DNA of 64,000 nucleotides from Mobula hypostoma (taxonomy: Eukaryota). Under the pieces are notes generated by a model. The model was not told the DNA's origin. It ran no database searches and was given only the letters and a program-made list of their open reading frames with translations. This document shows positions 11,950 through 23,701 of the stretch, one piece after another (the stretch's first letter is position 1; each line of letters opens with the position of its first letter). The stretch covers positions 33,978,001 through 34,042,000 of the forward strand of contig NC_086097.1 of assembly GCF_963921235.1 (NCBI RefSeq), given 5' to 3'. The translations under genes were made by a program, and so were the position numbers.

Positions 11950-14842
11950 GGTGTCCTGAGCTGCATATATTTCAATGGAAGAAGTATCGTAGGAAAGGCG
12001 GATGAGCTCAGGGCATGGATCAACATCTGGAATTATAGCATTGTAGCCACTAGCAAGACTTGGTTGCAGGAGGGGCAGGACTCGCAGCTCAATATTCTGG
12101 AGTTCTGTTGTTTTAGATGTGAAAGAGCAGGAGGGATTAGAGGAGGAGGGGTGACATTGCTAATCAGAGAAAATGTCACAGCAGTGCTCCATCAGGACAG
12201 ACTGGAGAACTCGTCTAGTGAGACGTTGTGGGTGGAACTGGGAAATAAGAAAGGTATGACTACATTAACGGGACTATATTACAGACCATCCAACAGTCCT
12301 AATGATTTTGAGGAACAAATTTGTAAAGAGATTGCAGACTGTTGCAAGAAACATGTTGATGTACTGTAGTAGGTGATTTTTAACTTTCCACATATTGAAG
12401 AGGACTCCCATTCTATAAAAGGACTAGGTGGGATAGAGTTTGTCAAATGTGTTCAGGAAAGTTTCCTTCATCTGTATGTAGAAGTCCCAATGAGAGAGCA
12501 TGCCATACTGGATCTGCTATTAGGGAATGAGGCAGGCCAGGTGACAGAATTTTGTGTAGGGGAACGTTTTGCATTTCATGACCACAATGTCAATGGTTTC
12601 AACGTACGTATGCAAAAACATAGGTCTGGTCTGTGGGTTAAGATTCTAAACTGGAGAAAGGCCAATTTTGACCGTATCAGAAATGATCTGGCAAGTGTGG
12701 ATTGGGACAGGCTGTTTTCTGGCAAAGGTGGACTTGGTAAGTGAGAGGGCTTCAAAAGTGCAATTTTGAGAATACAAAGCTTGTATGCCCCTGTCAGAAT
12801 AAAAGGTAAAGATAGCAAGTGAAGGGAACCTTGGTTTTCAATTTCTTTTTCCTGATTAAGAGGAAAAATGGAGGTGCAAAGCCGGGATAGTGAGGGAGAA
12901 ATAAATGAGGTGCTTATGGAGTATAAGAAATGCGGGAGAACACTTCAGAAAGAAATCAGAAGGGCTAAAAGAAGGCATTAAGTTGCTCTAACAAACAACA
13001 TGAAGGAGAATCCTGAGGGGTTCTACAGATATATTAAGAGCAAAAGGATTGCAAGGAACAAAATTGGTCCTCTGGAGGACCAGAATGGTGATCCACTTGT
13101 GGATCCAAAACAGATGGGGGAGATCTTAAGTGAATTCTTTGCGTCTGTATTTACTCAGAAGATGGACACAGAGTCTACACAAGCGAGGCAAAGTGGCATC
13201 ATCATCATGCACCCTGTACAGATTACAGAGAAGGAGGCCTTTGCTATCCTGAGGCAAATCAGGGTAGATAGATTCCCTGGGCCTGACAAGGTCTTCCCTC
13301 AGACCCTATGGGAGGCAAGTGCAGAAAAAACCAGGGCCCTAGAGAGATACTTAACTCATTCTTAGCAACAGGTGAGGTACTGGAGCACTGGAGGATAGCC
13401 AATGTTGTTCCACTGTTAAAAAAGGCTCTAAGCATAAACCAGGAAATTATTGGCCGGAGAGTCTGACGCCAGTTGTGGGAAGGTTATTGGAAGGTATACT
13501 AAGGGACGGAATTATAAGTATTTGGATAGACATGGACTGATCAAGGATAGTTAGCATGGCTTCATGCATGGTAGATCATATCCAACCAATCTTATACAGT
13601 TTTTCGAGCAAGTAGACAGGAAAGTGGATGAAGGTAAGGCAGCGGATGTTGTCTACATGGGCTTTAGCAGGGTCCTTGACAAGATCCTGCATGGAAGGTC
13701 CGTCAAGAAGGTTCAGTCACTTGACATTCAGGATGAGGTAGTAAATTGGATTAGGTATTGGCTTTGTGGGAGAAGCCGGGGAGTGGTAGTAGATGGTTGC
13801 TTCTCTGACCGGAGGCTTGTGAATAATGCTGTGCTGCAGGGATCGGTGTTGACTTATTTGTTGTTGGTCATCTATATCAATGATCTGGATGATAATGCTG
13901 GTAACTGATTCAGCAAGTTTGCAGATTACACCAAGAGTTGGGGGTGTAGTGGACAACAAGGAAGGCTATCATGGCTTGCAGAGGGATCTGCACCTGCTGG
14001 AAAAATTGGCTGAAAAATAGCAGATGCAATTTAATGCAGACAAGCGTGAGATTTTGTACCAGTAGGGCCAGCCATGGTAGGTGTAGCACTGTGAACGGTA
14101 GTGCACTGAGGAATGCGGTAGAACAAAATGATCTGGGAACACAGGTCTATAATTTATTGAAAGTGGTGTCACAGGTAGAGGGGGTTGGAAACAAAGCTTT
14201 TGGCACATTGGCCTTCATAAATCAATGTACTGGGTACAAGAGATGGGATGTTATGTTGAAGTTGTATAAGACATTGGTGAAGCCTAATTTGGAGTATAGT
14301 GTGTAGTTTTGGTCACCTACCTACAGGAAAGATGTAAATACGGTTGAAAGGGTACAGAGAAAATGTACAAGGATTTTGCTGGGTCTGGAGGACATGAGTT
14401 ATAAGGAAAAACTGGATAGGTTAGGACTGTATTCCTTAGAATGTAGAAGATTGAAAGGAGATTTTTTTTTAGATGTATACAAAATTATAAGATGTACAGA
14501 TAGGGTAAATGCAAATGGGCTTCTTCCACTGAGATTGGGTGGGACTACAACCAGAGGTGATGGGTTAGGGGTGAAAGGTGAAAAGTTTAAGGGGCACATG
14601 AGGGGGAACTTCTTCACTCAGCGGGTCGTGAGAGTGTGGAATGAGCTGCCAGCACAAGCGGTGCACGTGAGCTTGATTTCAATGTTTAAGAGAAGTTTGG
14701 ATAGGTACATGTATGGTAGGGATATGGAAGGCTATGGTCCCAGTGCAGATTGATGTGAGTAGGCAGTTTTAATGATTCTGGCATGAACTAGATGGGCCAA
14801 AGGGCCTGCTTCTGCGTTGTACTTCTCTATAACTCTATGACT
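11950..14842 (+). mobile_element. CR1 LINE, degenerate ORF2 (APE endonuclease + RT)
   Basis: Broken frames giving GLYYRPSNS, AILDLLLGN, QGSVL, YINDLD, LYKTLVKPNLEY; ctctatga tail; many stops and frameshifts. Confidence 0.92.
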
Positions 14843-16254
14843 TTAAGTGACCAATCGGTGTAGAAGCTTTTCACCAAAACAGGACGACTATAAGGAAGAG
14901 CACTTCATCTCCTGATCAGCTACTTTATAGTCTTCCAGACTCAATAATTAGTTCAAAAATTTCTAGTTACGTTTACTTCTTCCAGTTTAGCTATGATCAT
15001 TTATGATCATCTTATTATTACTTTCTTCCTCTTGAGCTATCATCATTTTCATGAATTAAACAAGTAGAAGGGGACTGGTAAACTGTTGAATTAAACACTT
15101 GATTTTTGTGCACAAGTGCATTTAGTTATAGCTGTCAATTACATCATATCACCATAGATGGGTATGATTTCCACTCATCTTACATCAATAGAAATACCAG
15201 GGTAAGGAAGTTGCAGATATATCAATGGTAAATCATTTCTCAAGATGTATTGTTAAGCCAAATCTAATTAATATTTTGTACATAAGCACAAAAAAGGAAG
15301 CCAAAATTCAAAAATAGCGAGCTGAAGTAAAACCAATTCTATAAAAATATTCTGCATGTTGAAATCATTGCCCAGATGCAGCCTGTATTACAGTGATTCA
15401 GGCCTTGAATTTCCAGCATCTGCAGAATTCCTGTTGATTACAGTTATTCAGTTAGGTTTCGGGGTGTGGAGGAGTGAGAAGGGCAAGGAGCTGGTGGTGC
15501 AGCATTGCAGGACCTGACACAGCAATGGACCTAATTACTGACACAGAGCTCGGAGGACTATGCCGGCTCTTCTTGGCTACTAATCATCTGCTACTTGACC
15601 ACTTTCCATTTATAGCTCTCAGTAACTTGTATTGAAAGTAGATTAAACAGAGAAGACATCTTTCATATGCAGTACATGCTGATGTATTTTACCTAAGTTA
15701 AGTGTACACAGTGAGAGGCCTTCCATTTCGGCTTCTATCTGTGAACTTTCCTGCTGTCAGCCATGTATCTTTCTACACCTCATTTTTCAGATATTAATTT
15801 TACCACGAGTCTCCCTGATGGATCTGTTCCTGAACCTTTTGAAAGCAGCTACTGTTGTTTTCTTCACAGACATTTCTCTCAAGAAGTCTTCCTGGCTTAC
15901 TTGTTCTGAAATCCTTTGAAAATGTGACTAACCATCTGTTACATTTTTTCTTATTTCACATTTAATGGATCCCCTTGCTACACAGGTCACTGAAATGGCA
16001 TTTTAACAGCTCACGTTTGATGCTTTCTTTGTCACTTACTTCCCTGTGCTTGCAATTTTTTTTTAGCTAATCCCGAGACATCAAAATCTTACAAGTTTTG
16101 CCTTCTCGTGTGGCACCACAAAACTGTCAGATATTATCCTTTAATTCTCCAGGACATCTTGATCTTTGGATGATCTACAGACTCAGTCACAGAAACATGA
16201 ATGAACCTTGGGTGTGCTTCTCTGTAACTCAACCACTACTGAAACTACAATAAA

Positions 16255-17056
16255 CACTCGGTGGCCACTTTACCTCCTGTACCTAATAAAGTGGCAACTG
16301 AGTGTATGTTCCTGGTCTTCTGCAAGTAGCCTATTTACTTCAAGGTTCAATGTGTTGTGTATTCAAAGATGCTCTTTCGCACACCACTGTTGTAATGTGT
16401 GGTTATTTCAGGTTACTTTATTATTATTTATTTTATTTCTTACATCCAAGGGAGTAAAAATCTTCATGTTGTGTCTCCGTCGCAATGCACAAGCAATAAG
16501 GAAAGGAAATGTGGGAGGACATTGGCCAAACACTAAGACTGTATACATAATTGTTTTGTATACCTGTATGTACAGTCAGATACGCAATCAGATCAGCGTG
16601 TATTGATAAATCTGATGGCCTGGTGAAAGGAGCTGTCCTGGAAATTGATGGTCCTGGTCTTAATATTGCCTTTCTGTCAGCTTGAACCAGTTTGGCCATT
16701 CTCTTCTGACCTCTCTCATTAACAAGGCACTTTTGCCCACAGACATGTCGTTTACTGGGTGAATTTTGTTTCTTGCACCATCCTTTGTAAACTCTAGCGA
16801 CTGTTGTGTATGAAAATCCCAGGAGGTCAGCAATTTCTGAGTTACTCAAACCACCCTGTCTGGCACCACCGATCAAAGTCACTTACATCATATTTCAGCC
16901 ACATTCTGATGCTTTGTCTGACCAACAGCTGAACCTCTGTACCATGACTGCATGACTCTGTATTGAGTTGCTGCCACATGATTGGCTGATTAGATTTTAG
17001 CATTAACGAGCAGGTGTACTGGTACTGGCGTACCAAATGAAAGTGACCACTGAGTA
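16255..17056 (-). mobile_element. Tc1-derived non-autonomous element with nested Rex-like 3' fragment (~16414-16662)
   Basis: Same TIRs and body as 8058-8625 (GARQGGLSNSEIADLLGFS). Confidence 0.8.
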
Positions 17057-17689
17057 TATGCACAAAGGTTTATAACTGAGTTCTAAACAGGATGGAGAGG
17101 TCCAAGGAATGTCATGACTGAGCACATGAAGGCCAGCAAGGATGTTGTGAGGACTTCCAGTTGGCAGTAACATCTCTCTCATTGGGCAGATTTGTCAAGC
17201 TAATCACAAATAGCACTTAATAAACTGCACCGTAATATTAGTGGAAGTGGCATGCTTTATGTATTTAGACGCTGTCAACTCTATTATGTGAATTTCAGGC
17301 AGGTCAAGGCAAATAACAAAAGAAATATTGATTTCACAGCATCAAAGTGTCCCAAACCAGTGCATGAGAATGTTATCAAACAATTGACACTGAGCCATTG
17401 AAGGAAAAACAAAAACATTGGTAACATGGGTAAATTTAGAGGAATGTTTCAGAGGGAAAAAAGAGAAATAGAGGAATTGAAAGCAGGGACATAGGTGTCA
17501 TCAGTGGTCTAGAGATTAAATTAGGAGATGTTCAGAACAGTAAAATAAATTGGAGAGATGTAAGTGGGGGGATGACAATAAGGAGATTACTGTGAGAGCT
17601 GGTGAGGTCAGGAAGGGTCAAACATCTGTGTTGTATTTTGTAAAGAATTATTACAAATTTAGAGTAGCCACGTTACTGCAAAAGCTTTA

Positions 17690-18144
17690 TATCTGCCAAT
17701 CATGTGGCAGCAACTCAAAGCATAAAGGCATGGTCAAGAGGTTCAGTGACTGTTCATCCAAATAGCAGAATGGGGAAGAAGTGTGATCTCAGTGACTTTG
17801 ATGATTATTTGTGCCAGATGGGGTGGTTTGAGTATCTCAGAAACCGATAATCTCCTGGGATTTTCATGCGCAGTAGTCTCTGGAGTTTACATAGAATGGT
17901 GCAAAAGACAAACAAAAACAAACATCCAATGAACAGCAGTTCTGAGGGTGAAAGAGAGAGGTCAGAGGAGAATGGCCAGTCTGGTTCAAGCTGACAGGAA
18001 CACAAATAACCATGTGCTACAACAGTGGTGTGCAGAGGAACAACTACGAATACGCAACGCGTTGAGCCTTGAAGTGGAGGGACTACAGCAGCAGAAGACC
18101 ACACTGGGTTCCACTCCTGTACCTAATAAAGCAGCCACTGAGTA
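17690..18144 (+). mobile_element. Tc1-derived non-autonomous element, partial, opposite orientation
   Basis: Reverse complement of the same family; ends gtacctaataaagcagccactgagta. Confidence 0.8.
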
Positions 18145-18615
18145 TATGTGGGAAAACCAAGGACCAAGAGCAGATCCCAGGGAACAGAAGGGTGAAGAGG
18201 ACTTACTGCTGGTGATTCTTTTACTGGTGACGTGATTTATAAGAATCACATTAAGAAGGAACATTTACATAAAACATCAGTATGATAAATGTATTGAACC
18301 CAGTCTAAGTAAGAGATAAAATCAAAATGTACACCTGCATACATGGCCTGCAGCCCCTTTCTCAGTTACCTCTGATGGTAGGCAATCTCCTGACTTCATG
18401 TAGAAGTACTAGTTTGATGTTGAATTATACATATCAGTATCTCAGTGATATCATTAATTAGACCAGGACCATGATGTACAAAGTTTGTAGATCACCACTA
18501 CTGATAAGGCACACTTAATATATAAGACAGAGTCATTAGGAATTAGTGATACCTCATGCATTTATGTTTTTGGAAATAAAACTTCGCAGTAAGTCGAACA
18601 AAGATTTTCACTTAC

Positions 18616-18690
18616 CACAATAAGCAGAATGACCGACAAAGTATAGTACAACGAATCCCTGAACACAGACCACTGAGTCAGATATACAAT
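18616..18690 (-). CDS. SLC24A4: NCKX coding exon, 75 nt: IVYLTQWSVFRDSLYYTLSVILLIV
   Basis: tttttcag|ATT GTA...ATT GTG|gtaag; RDSxYY motif of NCKX3/4. Phase 0/0. Confidence 0.9.
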
Positions 18691-19076
18691 CTGAAAAAGA
18701 CAGAAAGTAAAGTTACTGAAGAATAGGGAATTTCTCATGAGAACTTTTCATTCTTTTCCCCTGCAGTTACCTCAGCTGTATTCAGTGCCTCTGGCACTTC
18801 CAGTCAACATACCAATACCAATATGACGTGAGCCTTCAAACATTCAGAGAAATGCAAGAACACAAAGAACAAGAAGTGCCTAAACTCCCGTGTTTCCATG
18901 TCTCACTTCATCATTGTGTTCTCTTATTCTTTGTTCTTATCAAATACTATTCTTCTTCCTAAATAGCAGGTACCCAACCTGCTGGGAGGACTTTATCAAA
19001 ATTTCTCCCAAACGTGCCACCAAGTGCTGAGAAAGGTGGAGAGGGGAATAACTAAACTCCGTACTGAATAGCGTAG

Positions 19077-19978
19077 TACTTTATACTTTATTGTCACCAA
19101 ACAATTGATACTAGAACGTACAATCATCACAGCGATATTTGATTCTGCGCTTCCCGCTCCCTGGATTACAAATCGATAGTAAATATTAAAAATTTAAATT
19201 ATAAATCATAAATAGAAAATAGAAAAAATGGAAAGTAAGGTAGTGAAAAAAAACCGAGAGGCAGGTCCGGATATTTGGAGGGAACGGCCCAGATCCGGGT
19301 CAGGATCCGTTCAGCAGTCTTATCACAGTTGGAAAGAAGCTGTTCCCAAATCTGGCCGTACGAGTCTTCAAGCTCCTGAGCCTTCTCCCAGAGGGAAGAA
19401 GGATGAAAAGTGTGTTGGCTGGGTGGGTCGTGTCCTTGATTATCCTGGCAGCACTGCTCCGACAGCGTGCGGTATAAAGTGAGTCCAAGGACGGAAGATT
19501 GGTTTGTGTGATGTGCTGCGCCGTGTTCATGATCTTCTGCAGCTTCTCCCAGTCTTGGACAGGACAACTTCCATACCAGGTTGTGATGCACCCTAGAAGA
19601 ATGCTTTCTACGGTGCATCTATAAAAATTAGTGAGGGTTTTAGGGGACAGGCCAAATTTCTTTAGTTTTCTCAGGAAGTAAAGGTGCTGGTGGGCCTTCT
19701 TGGCAGTGGACTCTGCTTGGTTGGTCCAAGTCAGGTCATTTGTGATATTGACCCTGAGGGACTTAAAGCTTTTGACCTGTTCCACTTGCGCATCACCGAT
19801 GTAAATTGGGTCGTGCGGTCTACTACTCCTTCTGAAGTCAACAACCAATTCCTTTGTCTTGCTGATGTTGAGGGATAGGTTATTGTCTTCGCACCATGCC
19901 ACCAGGTTCTTAATTTCCTCTCTGTACTCAAAGTCATCATTACCCGAGATACGGCCTGCAATTGTTGTGTCATCAGCA
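19077..19978 (-). mobile_element. Rex1/Babar-like LINE 3' part (RT C-terminus)
   Basis: ORF 19300-19902 WCEDNNLSLNISKTKELVVDFRR...FYRCTVESILLGCITTWYG...RFGNSFFP; (tataaag)n tail. Confidence 0.88.
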
Positions 19979-20084
19979 CCTTCGCCAGAAGGACTGCAGA
20001 GATTCGAAGGAGTAGCAATAGGCAGTAAAGTGTGAAAATCAGAACCCCAAAGCCTTAGGTCCTACACCACCAATTTCAGATAGC

Positions 20085-21270
20085 AAATTCAGAATCAGAT
20101 TTATTTATCACATATACTTTGAAAGATACAGTGAAAAGTGTTGCTTGCACAATTATTATCCTACAACTATCAGACTCCTGAACCGGCGAAGGTAATTTCA
20201 TTCCTAATTACTCTGAACTGATTCTACAACCTATAGCTTCACATTCAGGCACTCTTTACCACTTGTGTTCTCAATATTAGTTTTACTTTCACAGTCACAG
20301 GATCATTCTCATAAGAAGGCAGAGGGTTTGGTTGCAGTGGCCTCTTCGGCTCCAACCATTAGCGTAATTGTTCATCCTTTATGTCTTTCTTACGATAGCA
20401 AGGCATTGCCGGGTGTTAAGAATGCCAAATATTGCAAGTCTACTACACTAATGGGTTGTTAGATAGCAGTGGAGCTGGACTCGTTCCATACTGTGTCATT
20501 GCCTGCCATAACCACTCAGGGAAGAAGGCATTGAAGGCAGTGTGTGGAGGTGGTATACGGCCCATAAAATGGTGCAAATGATTGTCTTGGACAGTTTTTT
20601 TGTGACCGCAAGACTCTGTTGGACATTAGTAATGCAGAATACTGCACGTCTGGTTCACTGGTGAAGCTGATGGCTGGGGGAGCCGTACGGCCTCGGTTGT
20701 GGTGCTGCCCAAGGCGATATGGGAGACAGCAGAGGAGCAGTGGGCGTGCTGGAATCTGTGCTGGCCCTTCCCAACCGTGCTGCTCTCCAGTGTTTGCTCA
20801 GTGAAAGACAAGCTGAATTGTGTTTGCTTTGCGGCTGCACTAGCACGTGATGAGGAACTGCTGTGTGCTTGTTCCTGCAGAAACATGGCTCCAGGGCAAC
20901 ATCCCATGTGCCATCAATCTTCACGCCACGTCAATCCTTTGGGCTATTTTGTTTTGTGACTGTATATTTTCTGCTATTGTAACTATATGTGCTGTGAGCT
21001 GTGAGTGATTGTTGTCACTGTGTTTTGTACCTTGTCCCCAGCGGAACACTGTTTTGTTTGGCTATGTTATGGTTGAATGACAGTTAAACTTGAACTTGTC
21101 TTTTGCACATTGGTTGTTTGTTAGTCTGTCTGTTTATGCAGAGTTTTTCATAAAATTCTATTGCATTTCTGTTTTCCTGTAAATGTCGGCAAGAAATGAA
21201 TTCCAAAGTTGTACAGGGTGGCATAAGTATATGTACAAACGTATTTTGATAGTAAAGTTACTGAGAACTT
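20085..21270. mobile_element. Cluster of Rex-like 3' fragments with a nested ~0.8-kb non-autonomous element
   Basis: Rex-like 3' UTR split at ~20290/21100 by a block ending aatgacagttaaacttgaacttg. Confidence 0.45.
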
Positions 21271-21556
21271 GGTACATGATAGCACAGAAATTGGGCCTGT
21301 TGGTGTACCTACACATTTTATGGAAGACAATTTTACCCAATGAGATATTGCCCCAGTTCATGATTTCCCAGACATCACAGAAATGTTGCCTTGACTGGAC
21401 GACTTGGTTACTAAGAGAGAATACATAGGATGGGACTACTTCATCTGGAGCACCTGAAGCTGAAGAGTAACCTTGCAGAGGATATTAAAATTGCAGAGAT
21501 TACGGGGATTTGTAACATGTTTTTCACACAGAGGCTGGTGGGTAGATGGAATAAGA

Positions 21557-22833
21557 TCCCGTATATTGGGCTAAATTGATTTGTCCCACATGGGATCACC
21601 CTTGTCCTGTATTTCCCCCACTAAGGTAGAGCATTCCTATGAAACCTTTTGTGCCGAAATGGTGTAAAGCGAAGAAGCAATTACCATTAATTTATATGGG
21701 AAAATTTTTGAGCGTTCCCAGACCCAAAAAATAACCTAATAAATCACACCAAATAACACATAAAACTGAAAATAAATAACCCTAACATATAGTAAAAGCA
21801 GGAATGATATGATAAATACACAGCCTATATAAGGTAGAAATAATGTATGTACAGTGTAGTCGGGAAGATTAAGCCAAAACCGATTTGTGGGAAAAAAAAT
21901 CGGCACGTACGCACATGCGCACGTCACGCATGCGCACACAGGTGCCCGCGCAAGGCTTCATGGCCATGATAGTCTTTCTCGGGGTAAACACAAGTCCTGT
22001 ATTCGACTGCTACTTTTGTTCCTTATTTGGGAGTGAGAAAGTTGGCAACCCTAACTGTAAAAGACATGTTGAGGTGAGTTTAACCCTACTTGAACACTAC
22101 CAACCCGCCCCCCCCCCCGGGTCGCCTGGTCCATAAGAATATTTAGATTATGAAAACACACAGTCCTCTTTTATTGTCACTTAGTAATGCATGCATTAAG
22201 AAATGATACAATATTTCCTTCGGTGTGATATCACAAAACACAGGACAAACCAAGACAGAAAAAACTAACAAAACCACATAATTATAACATATAGTTACAA
22301 CAGTGCAACAATACCATAACTTGATGAAGAAGTCCATGAGCACAGTAAAAAGTTCAAAGTCTCTCAAATGTCCCACATCTCACGCAGACGAGAGAAGGAA
22401 GAAAAACTCTCCCTGCCATGCCCGATCACAGTCCAACTCTGAGTGGTCCGAAAAGTTTGAGCCTCCGATCAGCTCTCCGACACCAAGTACCGAGCACCAT
22501 CTCTATCCAAACGATTCAACCTCAATCTCGGTTGCCAACAGCAGGCAAAGCCAGGGTTTTTGAGGCCTTCCCTCCAGAAGATTCTTGATCATGCAGTAAC
22601 AACAGCAGTGAACTTGCGTTTCAGAAATTTCTCCAGATGTTCCTCTGTGCTTTCACGTCTATCTCCATCAAATCAGAATTGTCCACGGCCCCTATTTAAC
22701 AGATACAATATCATTTTCACCAGAGGGCTGCCCACGTGCAGTGCGCTGCTATCTCTCCTCCTGCCATTTGCGGGAATATTGAATATTGTCAATATTCAAC
22801 TGGTCCGTGGTGCAAAGAAGGTTGGGACCGCTG
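21557..22833. mobile_element. Composite non-autonomous DNA transposon fragment (hAT-like right end)
   Basis: Ends ggtccgtggtgcaaagaaggttgggaccgctg; CpG-rich body; interrupted by the 22144-22766 element. Confidence 0.45.
22144..22766 (-). mobile_element. Non-autonomous retroelement (SINE-like), copy 2 of 3
   Basis: Similar to 248-777; flanked by gaatatt at 22137-22143 and 22774-22780/22781-22787 (probable TSD). Confidence 0.75.
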
Positions 22834-23595
22834 CCTTAAAGAATATAACTCTAGGCACAAGGACAACTTCAATCCTCCTGTTATAAGACTGTCTGACAAA
22901 GATTAATTCTTTACCTCACAATCGATCTCATCATGCCAGGCTTGCATTGCACTTTCATTTAACTGTATCACAGTATCCTGTGTTATGCTATTCATTTTTC
23001 CCTGTACTACCTTGATGTACTGATATAGTGAAATGAACTGTTATGGATGGCATGTAAAACAATTTTTCACTGAACCTCAGTACATATGACAATAATAAAC
23101 CAATTATCAAGCTCCATATGCAAAACACACACATAAACACAAGAAAATCTGCAGATGCTGTCAATCCAAGCAACACACACAAAATGCTGGAGGAATTCAG
23201 CATCCGGGCAGTGTCTATGGAAAAAATACAGTCGACATTTCAGGCTGAGACCCTTCATCAGGACTGGAAAGGAAAATGAGAAGTCAGAGTAGGAAGGTGA
23301 GGGGCGGGGAGGAAAAGTACAAGGTGGTAGGTAATAGGTGAAACTGGGAGAGGGAGAGGGGTGAAGTAAAGAGCTGGGAAGTGATTGGAGAAAGAGATTG
23401 TGGTGACATCAAATGCAATAATGTGCCAGTACATGATTGGACAGAGCACTGAGCATGTGCGATTGCCAGAATGTTCAGCACGTGGCTGGGTTAAGACGTG
23501 TTTGTTTATTACTGTAAATAAAAGTTCTCTAATTCTTCCAGAATATGATTCTTTACTGTTAACCCATGGTACGTTTAAACAGAAGTAACATAACA

Positions 23596-23610
23596 TGGTG
23601 TCAGAAGTGG
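23596..23610 (+). other. Primer-binding site tggtgtcagaagtgg
   Basis: Complementary to the 3' end of vertebrate tRNA-Leu (…CCACTTCTGACACCA) and immediately follows the LTR. Confidence 0.85.
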
Positions 23611-23701
23611 TTCTGGAAGAATAATACGGGAGAATCGAGAATCAAGAATCGAAGATAATTGAAAGAAAGAGAAGATAAAAGTTCGAACTGTAAACGGTAA
23701 A

